DNA of 63,207 nt from Candidatus Sysuimicrobiota bacterium (GTDB taxonomy: Bacteria > Sysuimicrobiota > Sysuimicrobiia > Sysuimicrobiales > Sysuimicrobiaceae): assembly GCA_040289515.1 (NCBI GenBank), contig PSLI01000008.1, forward strand, positions 1-63,207, written 5' to 3'. The translations under genes were made by a program, and so were the position numbers. This document shows, in pieces, positions 1-9,389 of the stretch (position 1 is the first letter of the stretch; each line of letters opens with the position of its first letter). The notes under the pieces were generated by a model. That model was not told the DNA's origin, made no database searches, and was given only the letters and a program-made list of their open reading frames with translations.

Positions 1-453
1 CGCCCCCCTGCGCCGCACCGACCGCACCGCGGCCACCATGGTGGAGCCGGTGGCGATCCCGTCGTCCACCAACACCACTGTGCGCCCCGATAGCGTTACG
101 TCCGGCCGGCCCTGGCGGTACGCCTGCAGCCGGCGCTGGATCTCCTGCAGCTGGTAGCTCACCTCCTCCTGCAGGTACTCCGCAGACACGCCCAGGGAGG
201 CGGCCACCCGCTCGTCCACGTACACGCTGCCGTCCTCCGCCACCGCGCCCACCGCCAGCTCGGGGTTGTACGGGGCGCGCAGCTTTCGCGGGACCGCTAG
301 GTCGAGCTGTGCGCCCAGGGCCCGTGCTACCTCCGCGGCCACCACCACCCCGCCCCGGGGGATCCCCAGCACCACCGCCGCACCGTCCCCGCACAGGTGC
401 CGGCGCACCTCTTGCGCCAGCAGCGCGCCCGCGTGACGGCGATCGCGGAACAC
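1..453 (-). CDS. Phosphoribosyltransferase family protein (COG1926-like), 3' end runs off window
   Basis: Manual translation from GTG at 453: MFRDRRHAG...VLGIPRGGVVVA...VVLVDDGIATGST (PRPP-binding motif). Not in the ORF track because there is no stop in the window. Confidence 0.85.
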   Translation of the reverse strand, partial: MFRDRRHAGALLAQEVRRHLCGDGAAVVLGIPRGGVVVAAEVARALGAQLDLAVPRKLRAPYNPELAVGAVAEDGSVYVDERVAASLGVSAEYLQEEVSYQLQEIQRRLQAYRQGRPDVTLSGRTVVLVDDGIATGSTMVAAVRSVRRRGA

Positions 454-456
454 CCT

Positions 457-885
457 CTACGCCTCCATGGCCTGCGCCACCGCCTGCTGCTCCTCCTCGG
501 AAAGGGGCTGACTGGCCTTCCCGTCCCGCAGGGCCTTGGCGTACGCGTATGAGTTCTCCCGGCCGTGCAGCACGCTCAGCACCACCCCATCGCCTTTCGC
601 GTCCAGCAGCGCCAGGCTGAAGGACAGCCGGCCCCCGGCGTCCCGGAAGGCGTCGTACCGGACCATGCCCACCCGCTGCACGCACCGCGCCAGTTGCTGC
701 GCCAAGCGCGCTTGCTCGTCGCGCACCGCCCGCAGCTCCGCGGCGACGTGCGGGGATCCTTCCCGGTCCGGACTCGGTAGCGCCGCCCAAATCCGCGAAA
801 CCCGCCGGCTCAACACCCCCAGCCCCGCCCCCAGGACACCCGTCAGCCCCAACAGGACCCAGTCCAGGATCCGAAGCCCCTCCAC
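457..885 (-). CDS. DUF4446-like membrane-anchored protein
   Basis: N-terminal TM helix, then VGMVRYDAFRDAGGRLSFSLALLD...YAKAL...LSEEE, typical of the family. Confidence 0.75.
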   Translation of the reverse strand: MEGLRILDWVLLGLTGVLGAGLGVLSRRVSRIWAALPSPDREGSPHVAAELRAVRDEQARLAQQLARCVQRVGMVRYDAFRDAGGRLSFSLALLDAKGDGVVLSVLHGRENSYAYAKALRDGKASQPLSEEEQQAVAQAMEA

Positions 886-898
886 GGTTCGACCTCGC

Positions 899-2350
899 TT
901 ACCCGTCGGCCTGCCAGGCCGCCCGCAGCCGCTCCGCGTGCTCTGCCAGCAGCTCCCAGCACCGCCGCACGTGGCGCAGCTCCGTGCGCAGGTTGCCCAC
1001 CGCCAGCCGCAGAACGTAGCGGCCGCGCAGCACCGTGTGCGACAGGTACGCCTCCCCAGTGGCGTTCACCGCCTCCAGCAGCCGCTCGTTGAACCGGTTC
1101 GCCTCCTCCTCCGATAGACCCGCGGCCCGGTGGCGGAAGCACACGGTGGAGAAGGGCACCGGTGCCACCCGCTCAAACTCCTCCGAGGCATCCACCCACC
1201 CCGCGAACTCCCGCGCCAGCTGCAGATGGCCTCGCAGGGCCTCCTGCAGCCCCCGCACCCCGAACATGCGGATCACCATCCACAGCTTCAGGGCGCGGAA
1301 CCGGCGGCCCAACTGTACGCCGTAGTCCATGTAGTTCACCACGTCCCCCGCGGGGGTCTGCAGGTACTCCGGTACCAGGCTGAAGGCCGCCCGCAGCACC
1401 TCCGGCCGCCGGGTGTAGAAGGCCGTACAGTCGATGGGCGTGAACAACCACTTGTGCGGGTTCACCAGGAAGGAGTCCGCCCGCTCGCAGCCCCGAAGGA
1501 CCCACCGCATCTCGGGCACGATGGCAGCCGCGCCCCCGTAGGCGGCGTCCACGTGCAGCCATACCCCGTAGCGCTCGCACACCTGGGCAACCTCGGCCAC
1601 GGGGTCCACGCTGGTGGTGGAGGTAGTCCCCACCGTGGCCACCACGCATACGGGGACCCAACCCGCCCGCACGTCCTCCCGAAGGGCGTCCTCCAGGGCG
1701 TCAGGTCTCATGCGGTACGCGTCGTCGGTAGGGATCTTGCGCACTCCCTCCTGCCCGAGCCCCAGGATGATGGCCGCCTTCTCCACGCTGGAGTGGGCCT
1801 GCTCCGAGGTGTACAGCCGCAGGCGGGGCAGGTCCGGCCGGCCCGCCATCCCGCGGGTCCGAATGCCCAGGCCTAGCCCCTCCCGCGCCGCGGCCACCGC
1901 GCACAGGGTGGCCACCGAGGCGGTGTCCATGATAACCCCGAACTGCTCGGGCAGGCCCAGCATCTGGCGCAGCCAGTCCAGCACCACCTGCTCCAGCTCC
2001 GTGGCCGCCGGGCACGTCCTCCACAGCATCCCGTTCACGTTCAAAGCCGCGGACAGCATCTCCCCCAGCACGCCCGGCGCGGACCCCGTGATGGCGAAGT
2101 ACGCGAAGAAGGCCGGGTGATTCCAGTGGGTCACGCCCGGGAGCACCACCCGGTGGAAGTCGTCCCACACGGCCTCGAAGGGCTCGGGCTCCACCGGGGG
2201 CGAGGCGGGCAGAGTTGCGCGGAGCTGCCCCGGCTGCACCCGCGACAGCACCGGGTAGCGCTCGGCGCCCTCCAGGTAATCCTGGATCCACCGCACCACC
2301 GCCTCCGCGGAGGGGGCGAATTCCCGTTCCACATCCCTGGGTGTCCGCAT
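899..2350 (-). CDS. PLP-dependent aromatic-L-amino-acid decarboxylase (group II)
   Basis: THWNHPAFFAYF, SEQAHSSVEKA, WLHVDAAYGG, NPHKW (PLP lysine). ATG at 2350 preceded by GGAGG. Confidence 0.9.
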   Translation of the reverse strand: MRTPRDVEREFAPSAEAVVRWIQDYLEGAERYPVLSRVQPGQLRATLPASPPVEPEPFEAVWDDFHRVVLPGVTHWNHPAFFAYFAITGSAPGVLGEMLSAALNVNGMLWRTCPAATELEQVVLDWLRQMLGLPEQFGVIMDTASVATLCAVAAAREGLGLGIRTRGMAGRPDLPRLRLYTSEQAHSSVEKAAIILGLGQEGVRKIPTDDAYRMRPDALEDALREDVRAGWVPVCVVATVGTTSTTSVDPVAEVAQVCERYGVWLHVDAAYGGAAAIVPEMRWVLRGCERADSFLVNPHKWLFTPIDCTAFYTRRPEVLRAAFSLVPEYLQTPAGDVVNYMDYGVQLGRRFRALKLWMVIRMFGVRGLQEALRGHLQLAREFAGWVDASEEFERVAPVPFSTVCFRHRAAGLSEEEANRFNERLLEAVNATGEAYLSHTVLRGRYVLRLAVGNLRTELRHVRRCWELLAEHAERLRAAWQADG

Positions 2351-2390
2351 GCTGGCTCCTCCGTTGCTCCCTTTACGGGCAGAGGTTACC

Positions 2391-3611
2391 GTGGCCACGA
2401 TCGTGGTCCCTCGGTCCGAGCGTGCGCGCCTAGCCGCGTATCGAGTGTACACCCTCGCGTGGGCGGGGGCGGGGGCGCTGCTGGCGGCCCTGTCCGCGCC
2501 GTCTGTGGGGCGTTTGCCGCTTGAGTACGCCCTGCTGGCTGTCCTGTCGGTGGTCGGCCACCTGTTCTTCGTCCTGGAGGTCCCCGGCGGCCTGCGGCTG
2601 AGCCTGCAGCCCATCCTGGCAGCCGTGTGGCTGTACGGCTGGCGTGCGGGCCCGCCTTTGTTTGCGCTCACGTTCCCCCTGGTCCTGCTGCAGACGCGCA
2701 AGGAGCCGCTGCGGGCGGCGTTGTACTTCGGCAACGGGTGCGCCTGGGCCAGCGCGGCAGGCCTGGTGTACTCCGCGCTGCGCGGCCAGCCCTCCCCGGA
2801 GCCCACGTGGGGGGAGCTGGCCTCCGCCCTGGCCTCGGGCGCGGTGTATGTGCTGGGCGGCTTTGTGGTGGAGGCCTACGGCCGCGCGCTGGCCACGGGA
2901 GAGCTGCGGATGCTGCGATCGGCGCACGTGAGGGAGGCGCTGTTTTTGCTGTTCGCCAGCAACGCGGCGGTGGCGTACCTGCTCCTTTTGGCCATGCACG
3001 GCGGGCCTGCGGCTTCCCTGCTGGCTGCGGCGGTGTGGGCGGTGGCCGCGGTGGCCATCCAGGCGCTAGTGGAAGCCCGCCGCGCCAACGAGCGGCTCCG
3101 CGAGACCCTGCAGGAGCTAGAGCGCCTGTCGCTGACCGACCCCCTCACGGGCCTGTGGAACCGCCGCCAGTTCGTCCAGGTGCTGCCCGCGGAGCTCAAG
3201 CGTCATGCCGGCACCGGCAGGCCCCTGAGCCTGTTGGTGGTGGACCTGCGCAGCCTCAAGCAGGTCAACGACCTGTACGGCCACGAGGCCGGCGACCGGC
3301 TGCTGCAGCACGCCGCCGAGGTGTTCCGCCAGCGGCTGCGCGACTCCGACAGCAGCTTTCGCATCGGAGGCGACGAGTTCGCCCTGCTGCTGCCCGAAAC
3401 AGACACGCCCGGCGCGATCACCGTGGCCCGCCACATCCTGGAACAGCTGGCCTCGCCTCCCCCGCAGGTTTCCCACCTGCCGGTGGACGCCACCGTGGGG
3501 GTGGGCACCTTTCCCCACCACGCGCACGAGGCCGCTGCCCTGGTGGCCGCCGCGGACGCGGCCCTGTACCGGGCCCGGGAGCGCGGCCAGTCGGTAGGCA
3601 CTCCGGACTGA
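2391..3611 (+). CDS. Membrane-bound diguanylate cyclase
   Basis: Multi-TM N-terminus, coiled coil, TDPLTGLWNRR, KQVNDLYGHEAGD, RIGGDEF. Start uncertain (2349 or 2391). Confidence 0.9.
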   Translation: MATIVVPRSERARLAAYRVYTLAWAGAGALLAALSAPSVGRLPLEYALLAVLSVVGHLFFVLEVPGGLRLSLQPILAAVWLYGWRAGPPLFALTFPLVLLQTRKEPLRAALYFGNGCAWASAAGLVYSALRGQPSPEPTWGELASALASGAVYVLGGFVVEAYGRALATGELRMLRSAHVREALFLLFASNAAVAYLLLLAMHGGPAASLLAAAVWAVAAVAIQALVEARRANERLRETLQELERLSLTDPLTGLWNRRQFVQVLPAELKRHAGTGRPLSLLVVDLRSLKQVNDLYGHEAGDRLLQHAAEVFRQRLRDSDSSFRIGGDEFALLLPETDTPGAITVARHILEQLASPPPQVSHLPVDATVGVGTFPHHAHEAAALVAAADAALYRARERGQSVGTPD

Positions 3612-3612
3612 C

Positions 3613-4170
3613 CTACGCCAGGCCCAGCTCGTCCGCCACACTCTGCATGGCCTGCAGCACCGTGGCCACGTGCTCGTCGAAATTCAACCCCAGCTCCTGC
3701 GCGCCCCGTACTAGGTCCTCCCGGCTTACGGCCCTCGCGAAGGCCTTGTCCTTCATTTTGCGCCGCACGGAGTCCACGTCCACGTGGCGCAGGGACCGCC
3801 CTTTCACCAGGGCCACGGCCACCACAAACCCGGTGATCTCGTCGCACGCGAACAACGCCTTCTCCAGGGGTGTGCGGCGGGCTACCCCGCTGTAGTCCGC
3901 GTGGGACAGGATGGCCCGGCACCAGTGCTCGGGAACGCCCCGCCGGCGCAGCTCCCCCACACCCACGAAGGGGTGCCCCTCCGGGCCCAGGTGGGGGTAG
4001 CGCTCGTAGTCCAGGTCGTGCAGCAACCCCACGATCCCCCACTCCTCCTCGTCGCCCCCGAACCTACGGGCGTACGCCCGCATGCAGGCCTCCACCGCCA
4101 GCAGGTGCTTGCGCAAGTTCGGGTTCTGGATCCACTCGCACACCAGTACCCATGCCTCGTCCCGCCTCAC
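3613..4170 (-). CDS. HD/HDIG-domain metal-dependent hydrolase
   Basis: LRKHLLAVEACM, GLLHDLDYE, LFACDEITG, KMKDKAFA. GTG at 4170 after GGAGG. Confidence 0.85.
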   Translation of the reverse strand: MRRDEAWVLVCEWIQNPNLRKHLLAVEACMRAYARRFGGDEEEWGIVGLLHDLDYERYPHLGPEGHPFVGVGELRRRGVPEHWCRAILSHADYSGVARRTPLEKALFACDEITGFVVAVALVKGRSLRHVDVDSVRRKMKDKAFARAVSREDLVRGAQELGLNFDEHVATVLQAMQSVADELGLA

Positions 4171-4232
4171 GGGATCCCTCCCGGTGTATCTTCGCACCGA
4201 AGTTGCAGCTGGTGGTCCCGGAGGACCGTCCG

Positions 4233-5113
4233 ATGGAAGGCGCGCCTGCGAACCCCACCGGGCCCCGCTGGGCCCACCCGGCCTACACCCTCAGTTGGCT
4301 GGCCATGGGCGTCCTCCTGCTGGGCGCCTCCGCCTCCCAACTTCTCGCTCACCCGCAGCCCCAGCCGCTGCTGGGTTTCGGCCTGCTGGCAGTGGTGGGA
4401 ACCGCGGTGGCGGTGCGCTTCCCTCCAGGGTCATCCTCGGGATGCGAGGACGTCCACCGCCATGTTCCTTGCGCGCACGCTCCTGTGGCACTACTGGGGT
4501 GGCCCCCTTCCCGCTGAAGTACAGCTGCGCGACCTCCTGGCCCTCCTGCTGGCGGGGCTGCTCCACGGGGCCATCAATACGCCCTCCGCAGCCGTCGCCA
4601 GGCTGTTCGGGGGCAAAATTCCGGACTGCTACAGCCGAAGGCCCCTCTGGGCATGCTGGGTGTGAGCGTAGCCGTTTATGGCCCCATCTCCGCCGTGCTG
4701 GCACTGGCCCACCGCATAGGCGTACCCGTGTTCGCACTAACCTCGTCCATATGGCTGCTTGTGGGCCTCACCCTGCAGGCGTACTTCCGAGCCAGGGAGC
4801 TGCAACTGGAGCTGGAGAAGGCAACCCGCGAGCTGGATCACCTGGCCACTACGGACTCCCTCACCGAGCTGGGTAACCGCCGCAGCTTCCTGGAGGTAGC
4901 CCAGCTCGAGCTTGCGCGCCACCGGCGGTACGGGGGCCCCGTGAGCCTCGTACTGCTGGACCTGCGGCACTTCAAGCGGGTCAACGACACCCTGGGCCAC
5001 CAGGCCGGGGACCAGGTCCTGAGGTGGGTGGCGCACGTGCCCTGTACCAGGCTCGCCACGAGGGCACCTGGATGGGGATCCCCCCACCTCACAGCACGAG
5101 CTCCACGGGGTAG
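4233..5113 (+). pseudogene. Decayed membrane diguanylate cyclase (paralog of 2391-3611)
   Basis: TM segments are split over several frames. TDSLTELGNRR...FKRVNDTLGHQAGD is present but jumps at about 5040 to the C-terminal LYQARHEG in another frame; the GGDEF core is missing. Confidence 0.8.
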
Positions 5114-6300
5114 CCTCCCAGGTTCACCGCGCCGTCCTCTGTGATGGCCCACACGTCCTCCAAGCGCACCCCGATGCCCGAGTCCGGGTAGTACAGCCCC
5201 GGTTCGACCGTCACCACGCACCCCGGCCGCAATACCGCATCGTTTCCCGGGTAGTCGGACAAGCGTGGCTCCTCGTGCACGTCCAGCCCCAGGCCGTGAC
5301 CCAAGCTGTGCACGTAGCCCACCTGGGTGGTGGGCTGCGTGCACACCGTGGGGTGGCCGCGGGACTCAAAGAACTCGCAGGCCATCCGCTGTAGCTCGGC
5401 GCAGGGTGTGCCGGGCCTCAGGGCTTCGGTCACGCTCACGTAGCACTCATACACGTCCCGGTACACCCGCAGCAGCTCCTCGCTGGGGCGTCCGATGCAC
5501 CACGTCCGGGTCATGTCGAAGTGGTATCCCCCGCCCGCGCGTCTTGGGAACACGTCGAACACAATGGGGCTGCCCGCGGCCAGAGGGTGCGCGTCCTCAC
5601 CCCTGGAGTGGGGAAACCCAGCATCCCGGCCCTGAGCGAAGATGATATCCGGCCCCTCGAGCCCTTCCTCCGCAAGCCAGGCACGGATCCTGGCTTTCAC
5701 GTCCCCTACCGTGAGCGGGCTGCCGTCCTGTTTGCGCAGCACTCCCCCTCCCACTGGGCAGCCCCGCAGGAACTCCGCGGTCCTGTGCACAACCCGCTGG
5801 GCGGCTGCCCCAGCCTTGCGGATCTCGTCCACCTCGTGGGGGTCCTTGGTCTCCCGGGCTACGGCCAGCACGGAGCGCCCGTACTCGCCCACCACCTCCA
5901 CGTCCTCCAGGTCGCAGGCCAGCCTGCCGAGGAACCGGTAAGCGGCCCCCTGGTCCATCTCGCCGTAGAAGGCCACGCGGCCGCGCACCCCCTCGTCCTC
6001 GAACAGCCTGCGGAACAACAGCACCCTTGCCTCCAGAGGGTCACCGCGGGCCTGCTGCAGTAGATCCTTCCAGTCGTACAGCCCCAGGTTGCGGGTGCGC
6101 AGCCCGGTCTTGCTGGCCTCGCCCCGCTCCATCGTCCCGTGGCAGACAACCCCCGGGTCCCCCCGCTTCTTGATGTACACCGCCCCCTGGATGGCCACCC
6201 CGCCCAGCACGTACAGCATGTTGGCCTCGTCCGCCCGCCCTGCCACCACGAGAGCGTCAAGCCCACGCTCCTCCATCAACCTATCCAGGTCCGCCTTCAC
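5089..6300 (-). CDS. Xaa-Pro aminopeptidase family (M24)
   Basis: FDVFP, DMTRT, HSLGHGLGLDVHEEP, TVEPGLY, GVRLED metal ligands. Confidence 0.9.
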   Translation of the reverse strand: MKADLDRLMEERGLDALVVAGRADEANMLYVLGGVAIQGAVYIKKRGDPGVVCHGTMERGEASKTGLRTRNLGLYDWKDLLQQARGDPLEARVLLFRRLFEDEGVRGRVAFYGEMDQGAAYRFLGRLACDLEDVEVVGEYGRSVLAVARETKDPHEVDEIRKAGAAAQRVVHRTAEFLRGCPVGGGVLRKQDGSPLTVGDVKARIRAWLAEEGLEGPDIIFAQGRDAGFPHSRGEDAHPLAAGSPIVFDVFPRRAGGGYHFDMTRTWCIGRPSEELLRVYRDVYECYVSVTEALRPGTPCAELQRMACEFFESRGHPTVCTQPTTQVGYVHSLGHGLGLDVHEEPRLSDYPGNDAVLRPGCVVTVEPGLYYPDSGIGVRLEDVWAITEDGAVNLGGYPVELVL

Positions 6301-6322
6301 GGCGCCACCCCGCGGTGGTGCT

Positions 6323-6338
6323 TATTTCTTGAGAAATA
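6323..6338. promoter_or_regulatory. Candidate non-canonical parS site TATTTCTTGAGAAATA
   Basis: Perfect 8-bp inverted repeat TTATTTCT-TG-AGAAATAA (6322-6339) immediately after the parB stop; 16-bp parS/NBS-like geometry. Confidence 0.65.
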
Positions 6339-6345
6339 ACGCAGC

Positions 6346-7203
6346 CTACGCTACGGGACCGGCCAGGATCAGTTCGGCGATCCGGCCCAGGTCCTCTTCG
6401 GAGTAGAACTCGATCTCCACTAGCCCGCGCTTGCGGCCCGCCCGCACCCGTACCCGCGTTCCCAGACGCTGGCTCAGAGCCTCTTCCAAAGCAACGTGGT
6501 CGGGGTCGCGGCGCAGCCGTCCGCGCCTTGTTCTGCGGGACGGGAAAGCTCGCACCAGCCGCGTGAGCTCCCGTACGGGCAACTGTCGGAGGACCGCCTG
6601 AGAAGCCAGCTCCACCTGACGTGCGGGTTCCTGTACCTCCAGCAGCACACGTGCGTGAGCCTCGGACAGCTGCCCTTCCGCCACGTAGTGCAGGACCTCC
6701 TCCGGAAGCGCCAGCAGCCGCAGGGTGTTGGCCACCGCGGGCTGGCTGCGGCCTAAAAGCTCCGCGACCTCCCTCTGGCTGAGCCCAAACTCCTCCACAA
6801 GCCTGCGGTAGGCCCGGGCGCGCTCCAGGGGGTTCAGGTCCTGGCGCTGCAGGTTCTCCACCAGGGCCAGGGCCAGGCTCTCCAGCTCTCCCACCTGCCT
6901 CACCACCGCGGGCATGGTAGCCAGGCCTGCCAGCACCGCAGCCCGCCACCTGCGCTCGCCCGCCACGATCTCGTAACCGTCCTGCACGGGCCTTACCACG
7001 ATGGGCTGCAGGACCCCGTGGGCCCGCACGGACGCAGCAAGCTCCTGCAGCTCCTCCTGGGGGATGGATGCCCTTGGCTGGTTCCTCCCGGGTCTAATGC
7101 GGTCCGTGGGAAGGTGCTCGATGCGTTCGCCCTCCCTGAGGGCGTCCGCTCCCGGGATCAGGGCCGAAAGGCCCCGGCCAAGCCCTCTACCACGTCCGCT
7201 CAC
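6346..7203 (-). CDS. parB: Chromosome partition protein ParB/Spo0J
   Basis: N-terminal GLGRGLSALI ParA-contact motif, GVLQPI, GERRWRAA CTPase box, ENLQRQDL, HTH. Confidence 0.97.
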   Translation of the reverse strand: MSGRGRGLGRGLSALIPGADALREGERIEHLPTDRIRPGRNQPRASIPQEELQELAASVRAHGVLQPIVVRPVQDGYEIVAGERRWRAAVLAGLATMPAVVRQVGELESLALALVENLQRQDLNPLERARAYRRLVEEFGLSQREVAELLGRSQPAVANTLRLLALPEEVLHYVAEGQLSEAHARVLLEVQEPARQVELASQAVLRQLPVRELTRLVRAFPSRRTRRGRLRRDPDHVALEEALSQRLGTRVRVRAGRKRGLVEIEFYSEEDLGRIAELILAGPVA

Positions 7204-7988
7204 GGAGCCAACCCCCCCACGCCCGCCCGCGGGCGCAGGGCTGCCACCACATCCTGAGCCAGCGCCTCGTACGCCAGCGCTCCCTTGGACTGCGGGTCGT
7301 ACAGCAGGATGGGCTTGCCGTGGCTGGGTGCCTCCGCCAGCCGCACGCTGCGGGGGATGACGGTCTTCGCCACCCGCCCCGGGAAGTGGGCCCGCACCTC
7401 CTGTGCCACCTGCTCGCTGAGGTTGGTCCTAGGGTCGTACATGGTCAGCACCACCAGGGCCACGTGGAGACGGGGGTTCAGGGTGTTTCGCACCAGCTCC
7501 ACGGTGCGCAGCATCCAGGCCAGCCCCTCCAGGGCATAGAACTCGCACTGGATGGGCACAAGCAACCCGTCCGCGGCGGCGAGGGCGTTGACCGTGAGCA
7601 GGCCCAGGCTGGGCGGGCAGTCCACCAGGATCCAGTCGTAGCGGTCCTGCACAGGCTGCAACACCTCCCGGAGCCGGGTCTCCCTGGGCTGGGCGTGCAC
7701 CAGCTCCACCTCCGCGCCGGCTAGGTCGAGGCTGCTTGGTAACAGGTCCAGTCCTTCCAGCTCGGTGGGTAGCGCGGCCTGCTTGAGCGAGGCACCCCGC
7801 AGCAGGCAGTCGTAGGTGGACAGCCTCACGTACGCACGGTGAACTCCCAGCCCGCTGGTGGCGTTGCCCTGCGGGTCCAGATCGACCACCAGGACCCTCC
7901 AGCGGCCCCGAGCCAGGTACGCACCCAGGTTCACCGCGGTGGTGGTTTTGCCCACCCCGCCTTTCTGGTTTGCCACCGCGAGGATCAC
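7200..7988 (-). CDS. parA: Chromosome partition ATPase ParA/Soj
   Basis: NQKGGVGKTT deviant Walker A, DLDPQGN, DCPPSLG, IPRSVRLAEAPSHG. Confidence 0.97.
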   Translation of the reverse strand: MILAVANQKGGVGKTTTAVNLGAYLARGRWRVLVVDLDPQGNATSGLGVHRAYVRLSTYDCLLRGASLKQAALPTELEGLDLLPSSLDLAGAEVELVHAQPRETRLREVLQPVQDRYDWILVDCPPSLGLLTVNALAAADGLLVPIQCEFYALEGLAWMLRTVELVRNTLNPRLHVALVVLTMYDPRTNLSEQVAQEVRAHFPGRVAKTVIPRSVRLAEAPSHGKPILLYDPQSKGALAYEALAQDVVAALRPRAGVGGLAP

Positions 7989-8046
7989 AACTGGGTTTTT
8001 CGTACCGATCCCCCGCGGATCCTCTAATGCAGGTTCGAGTGTCGCG

Positions 8047-8062
8047 TATTTCTCGGCAAATA
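8047..8062. promoter_or_regulatory. Candidate non-canonical parS site TATTTCTCGGCAAATA
   Basis: Imperfect 16-bp palindrome upstream of parA, 13/16 identical to the 6323-6338 site. Confidence 0.55.
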
Positions 8063-8080
8063 TTCCAGTCAGCCCATTTG

Positions 8081-8689
8081 CTAGACCAGGAGGACCGCCA
8101 CCCGCCGGACCTTACCCCGCTCCCATGGGACTGGCCTTTGCAGTTCCTGAAACGGAGGCCGGACGGGTCGCTGTGGGCCGACGGGCACCACAACCCTGCC
8201 GGCTGGCCTCACAAGCCCCCGCGCTAAGCGTGCCACTTGCTCGGGCGTCCCAAGCGCCCTACACACGGCCATCTGGAATTGCCGTGCGTAGCGCGCCTGT
8301 TTTGCTGCCTGTTCTGCCCGTAGGGGCTCCGCCTGCGCGTTGCGCAGCCCCAGCTCCAACACCACCCGCTCCACGAAAGCCGCCCGCTTGCGCCTCGGCT
8401 CCAGCATGACCACCCACAGGTCCGGTCTGGCCACGGCCCATACCACACCGGGCAGGCCCGCGCCGCTCCCCACGTCCACTACCCACGCGGCGGGAGCGGG
8501 GTCCGCCATCACCAGCAGGAGCAGACTGTCGAGAATGTGGGCGCGCAACACCTCTTCAGGACCCGCAGGGGCCACAAGGTCCACCTTCCGGCTCCACTCC
8601 GCCAGCAGGTCCCGGTAGCGCAGAAGGCGGCTTTTCTGATCCTCCGATACCTCCAGACCCAGAGCCCGGCAGGCTGCCTCAAGGTCCAC
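8081..8689 (-). CDS. rsmG: 16S rRNA m7G527 methyltransferase
   Basis: HILDSL, VDVGSGAGLPG, LEPRRKRAAF, VCRAL; canonical position next to parA. Confidence 0.92.
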   Translation of the reverse strand: MDLEAACRALGLEVSEDQKSRLLRYRDLLAEWSRKVDLVAPAGPEEVLRAHILDSLLLLVMADPAPAAWVVDVGSGAGLPGVVWAVARPDLWVVMLEPRRKRAAFVERVVLELGLRNAQAEPLRAEQAAKQARYARQFQMAVCRALGTPEQVARLARGLVRPAGRVVVPVGPQRPVRPPFQELQRPVPWERGKVRRVAVLLV

Positions 8690-9389
8690 GGCCCGGTGCA
8701 GGCGTGCGCCGGACCGGCCTGCGCCCTGCTCCCCGGGCACGGTGGGCCTGGGCAGGTTCCACCACCACATGGCGGTTCTCCCCGGTACCTTCGCTGCGTG
8801 TGATCACCTTGGGATCGCCAGCGAGAGCTGAGTGCACCACCCGCCGCTCTCTGGCGTCCATGGGGGGCAGGTGCACCGGCTTGCCCTGCGCCACCGCCCT
8901 CCGCGCGGCTCGCCGCGCCAGCTCCGCCACGTGCTGGCGCCGCCGGGCCCGGTAGCCCCCAATGTCCACCTCCACCTCCGCCCGGGAACCCGTGGCCTGG
9001 TGCACCATGGCGCTTAACACCGTCTGGATTGCTTCGATTCCCTGCCCTCGGCGGCCAATCAAAAGCCCCAGGTCCTCACCCCGCACATCCACGAACATCC
9101 CGCGCTCGGTGGCATGCGCCAACACCTGAGCGGAGAACCCCATTTTGCTAACCAGGGTCCTGGCCAGCTCCGTGGCCGCGGCGAGCGTACGGGCGTCCGC
9201 AGGCTCGTCCCGGACCTGCGCCCGCGGCACCACCCGCACCCTGGCCTCCCGCGCCCCCAATCCGAAGACCCCTCGAGACCCCTCGTCCAGCACGTGGATC
9301 TCCGCCTCTTCCTTGGTCAGTCCGGCCCTCTCCAGGGCCGCGGCGATGGCCTCCTCCACCGTTCTTCCAGACGCCACGACCTCCCTCAC
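8679..9389 (-). CDS. jag: RNA-binding protein Jag/EloR/KhpB (Jag_N, KH, R3H)
   Basis: SGRTVEEAI, LIGRRGQ (KH), ERRVVH (R3H). GTG overlaps the yidC stop. Confidence 0.93.
   Translation of the reverse strand: MREVVASGRTVEEAIAAALERAGLTKEEAEIHVLDEGSRGVFGLGAREARVRVVPRAQVRDEPADARTLAAATELARTLVSKMGFSAQVLAHATERGMFVDVRGEDLGLLIGRRGQGIEAIQTVLSAMVHQATGSRAEVEVDIGGYRARRRQHVAELARRAARRAVAQGKPVHLPPMDARERRVVHSALAGDPKVITRSEGTGENRHVVVEPAQAHRARGAGRRPVRRTPAPGRGP

Noticed and set aside
2348..2351. Divergent ATG starts sharing one CATG (decarboxylase and cyclase)
   Set aside because: The cyclase more plausibly starts at GTG 2391; the overlap is likely an ORF-caller artefact.
6302..6330. Hairpin plus T-rich tail resembling a plus-strand terminator
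   Set aside because: Both flanking genes are on the minus strand; kept only as a caveat to the parS call.
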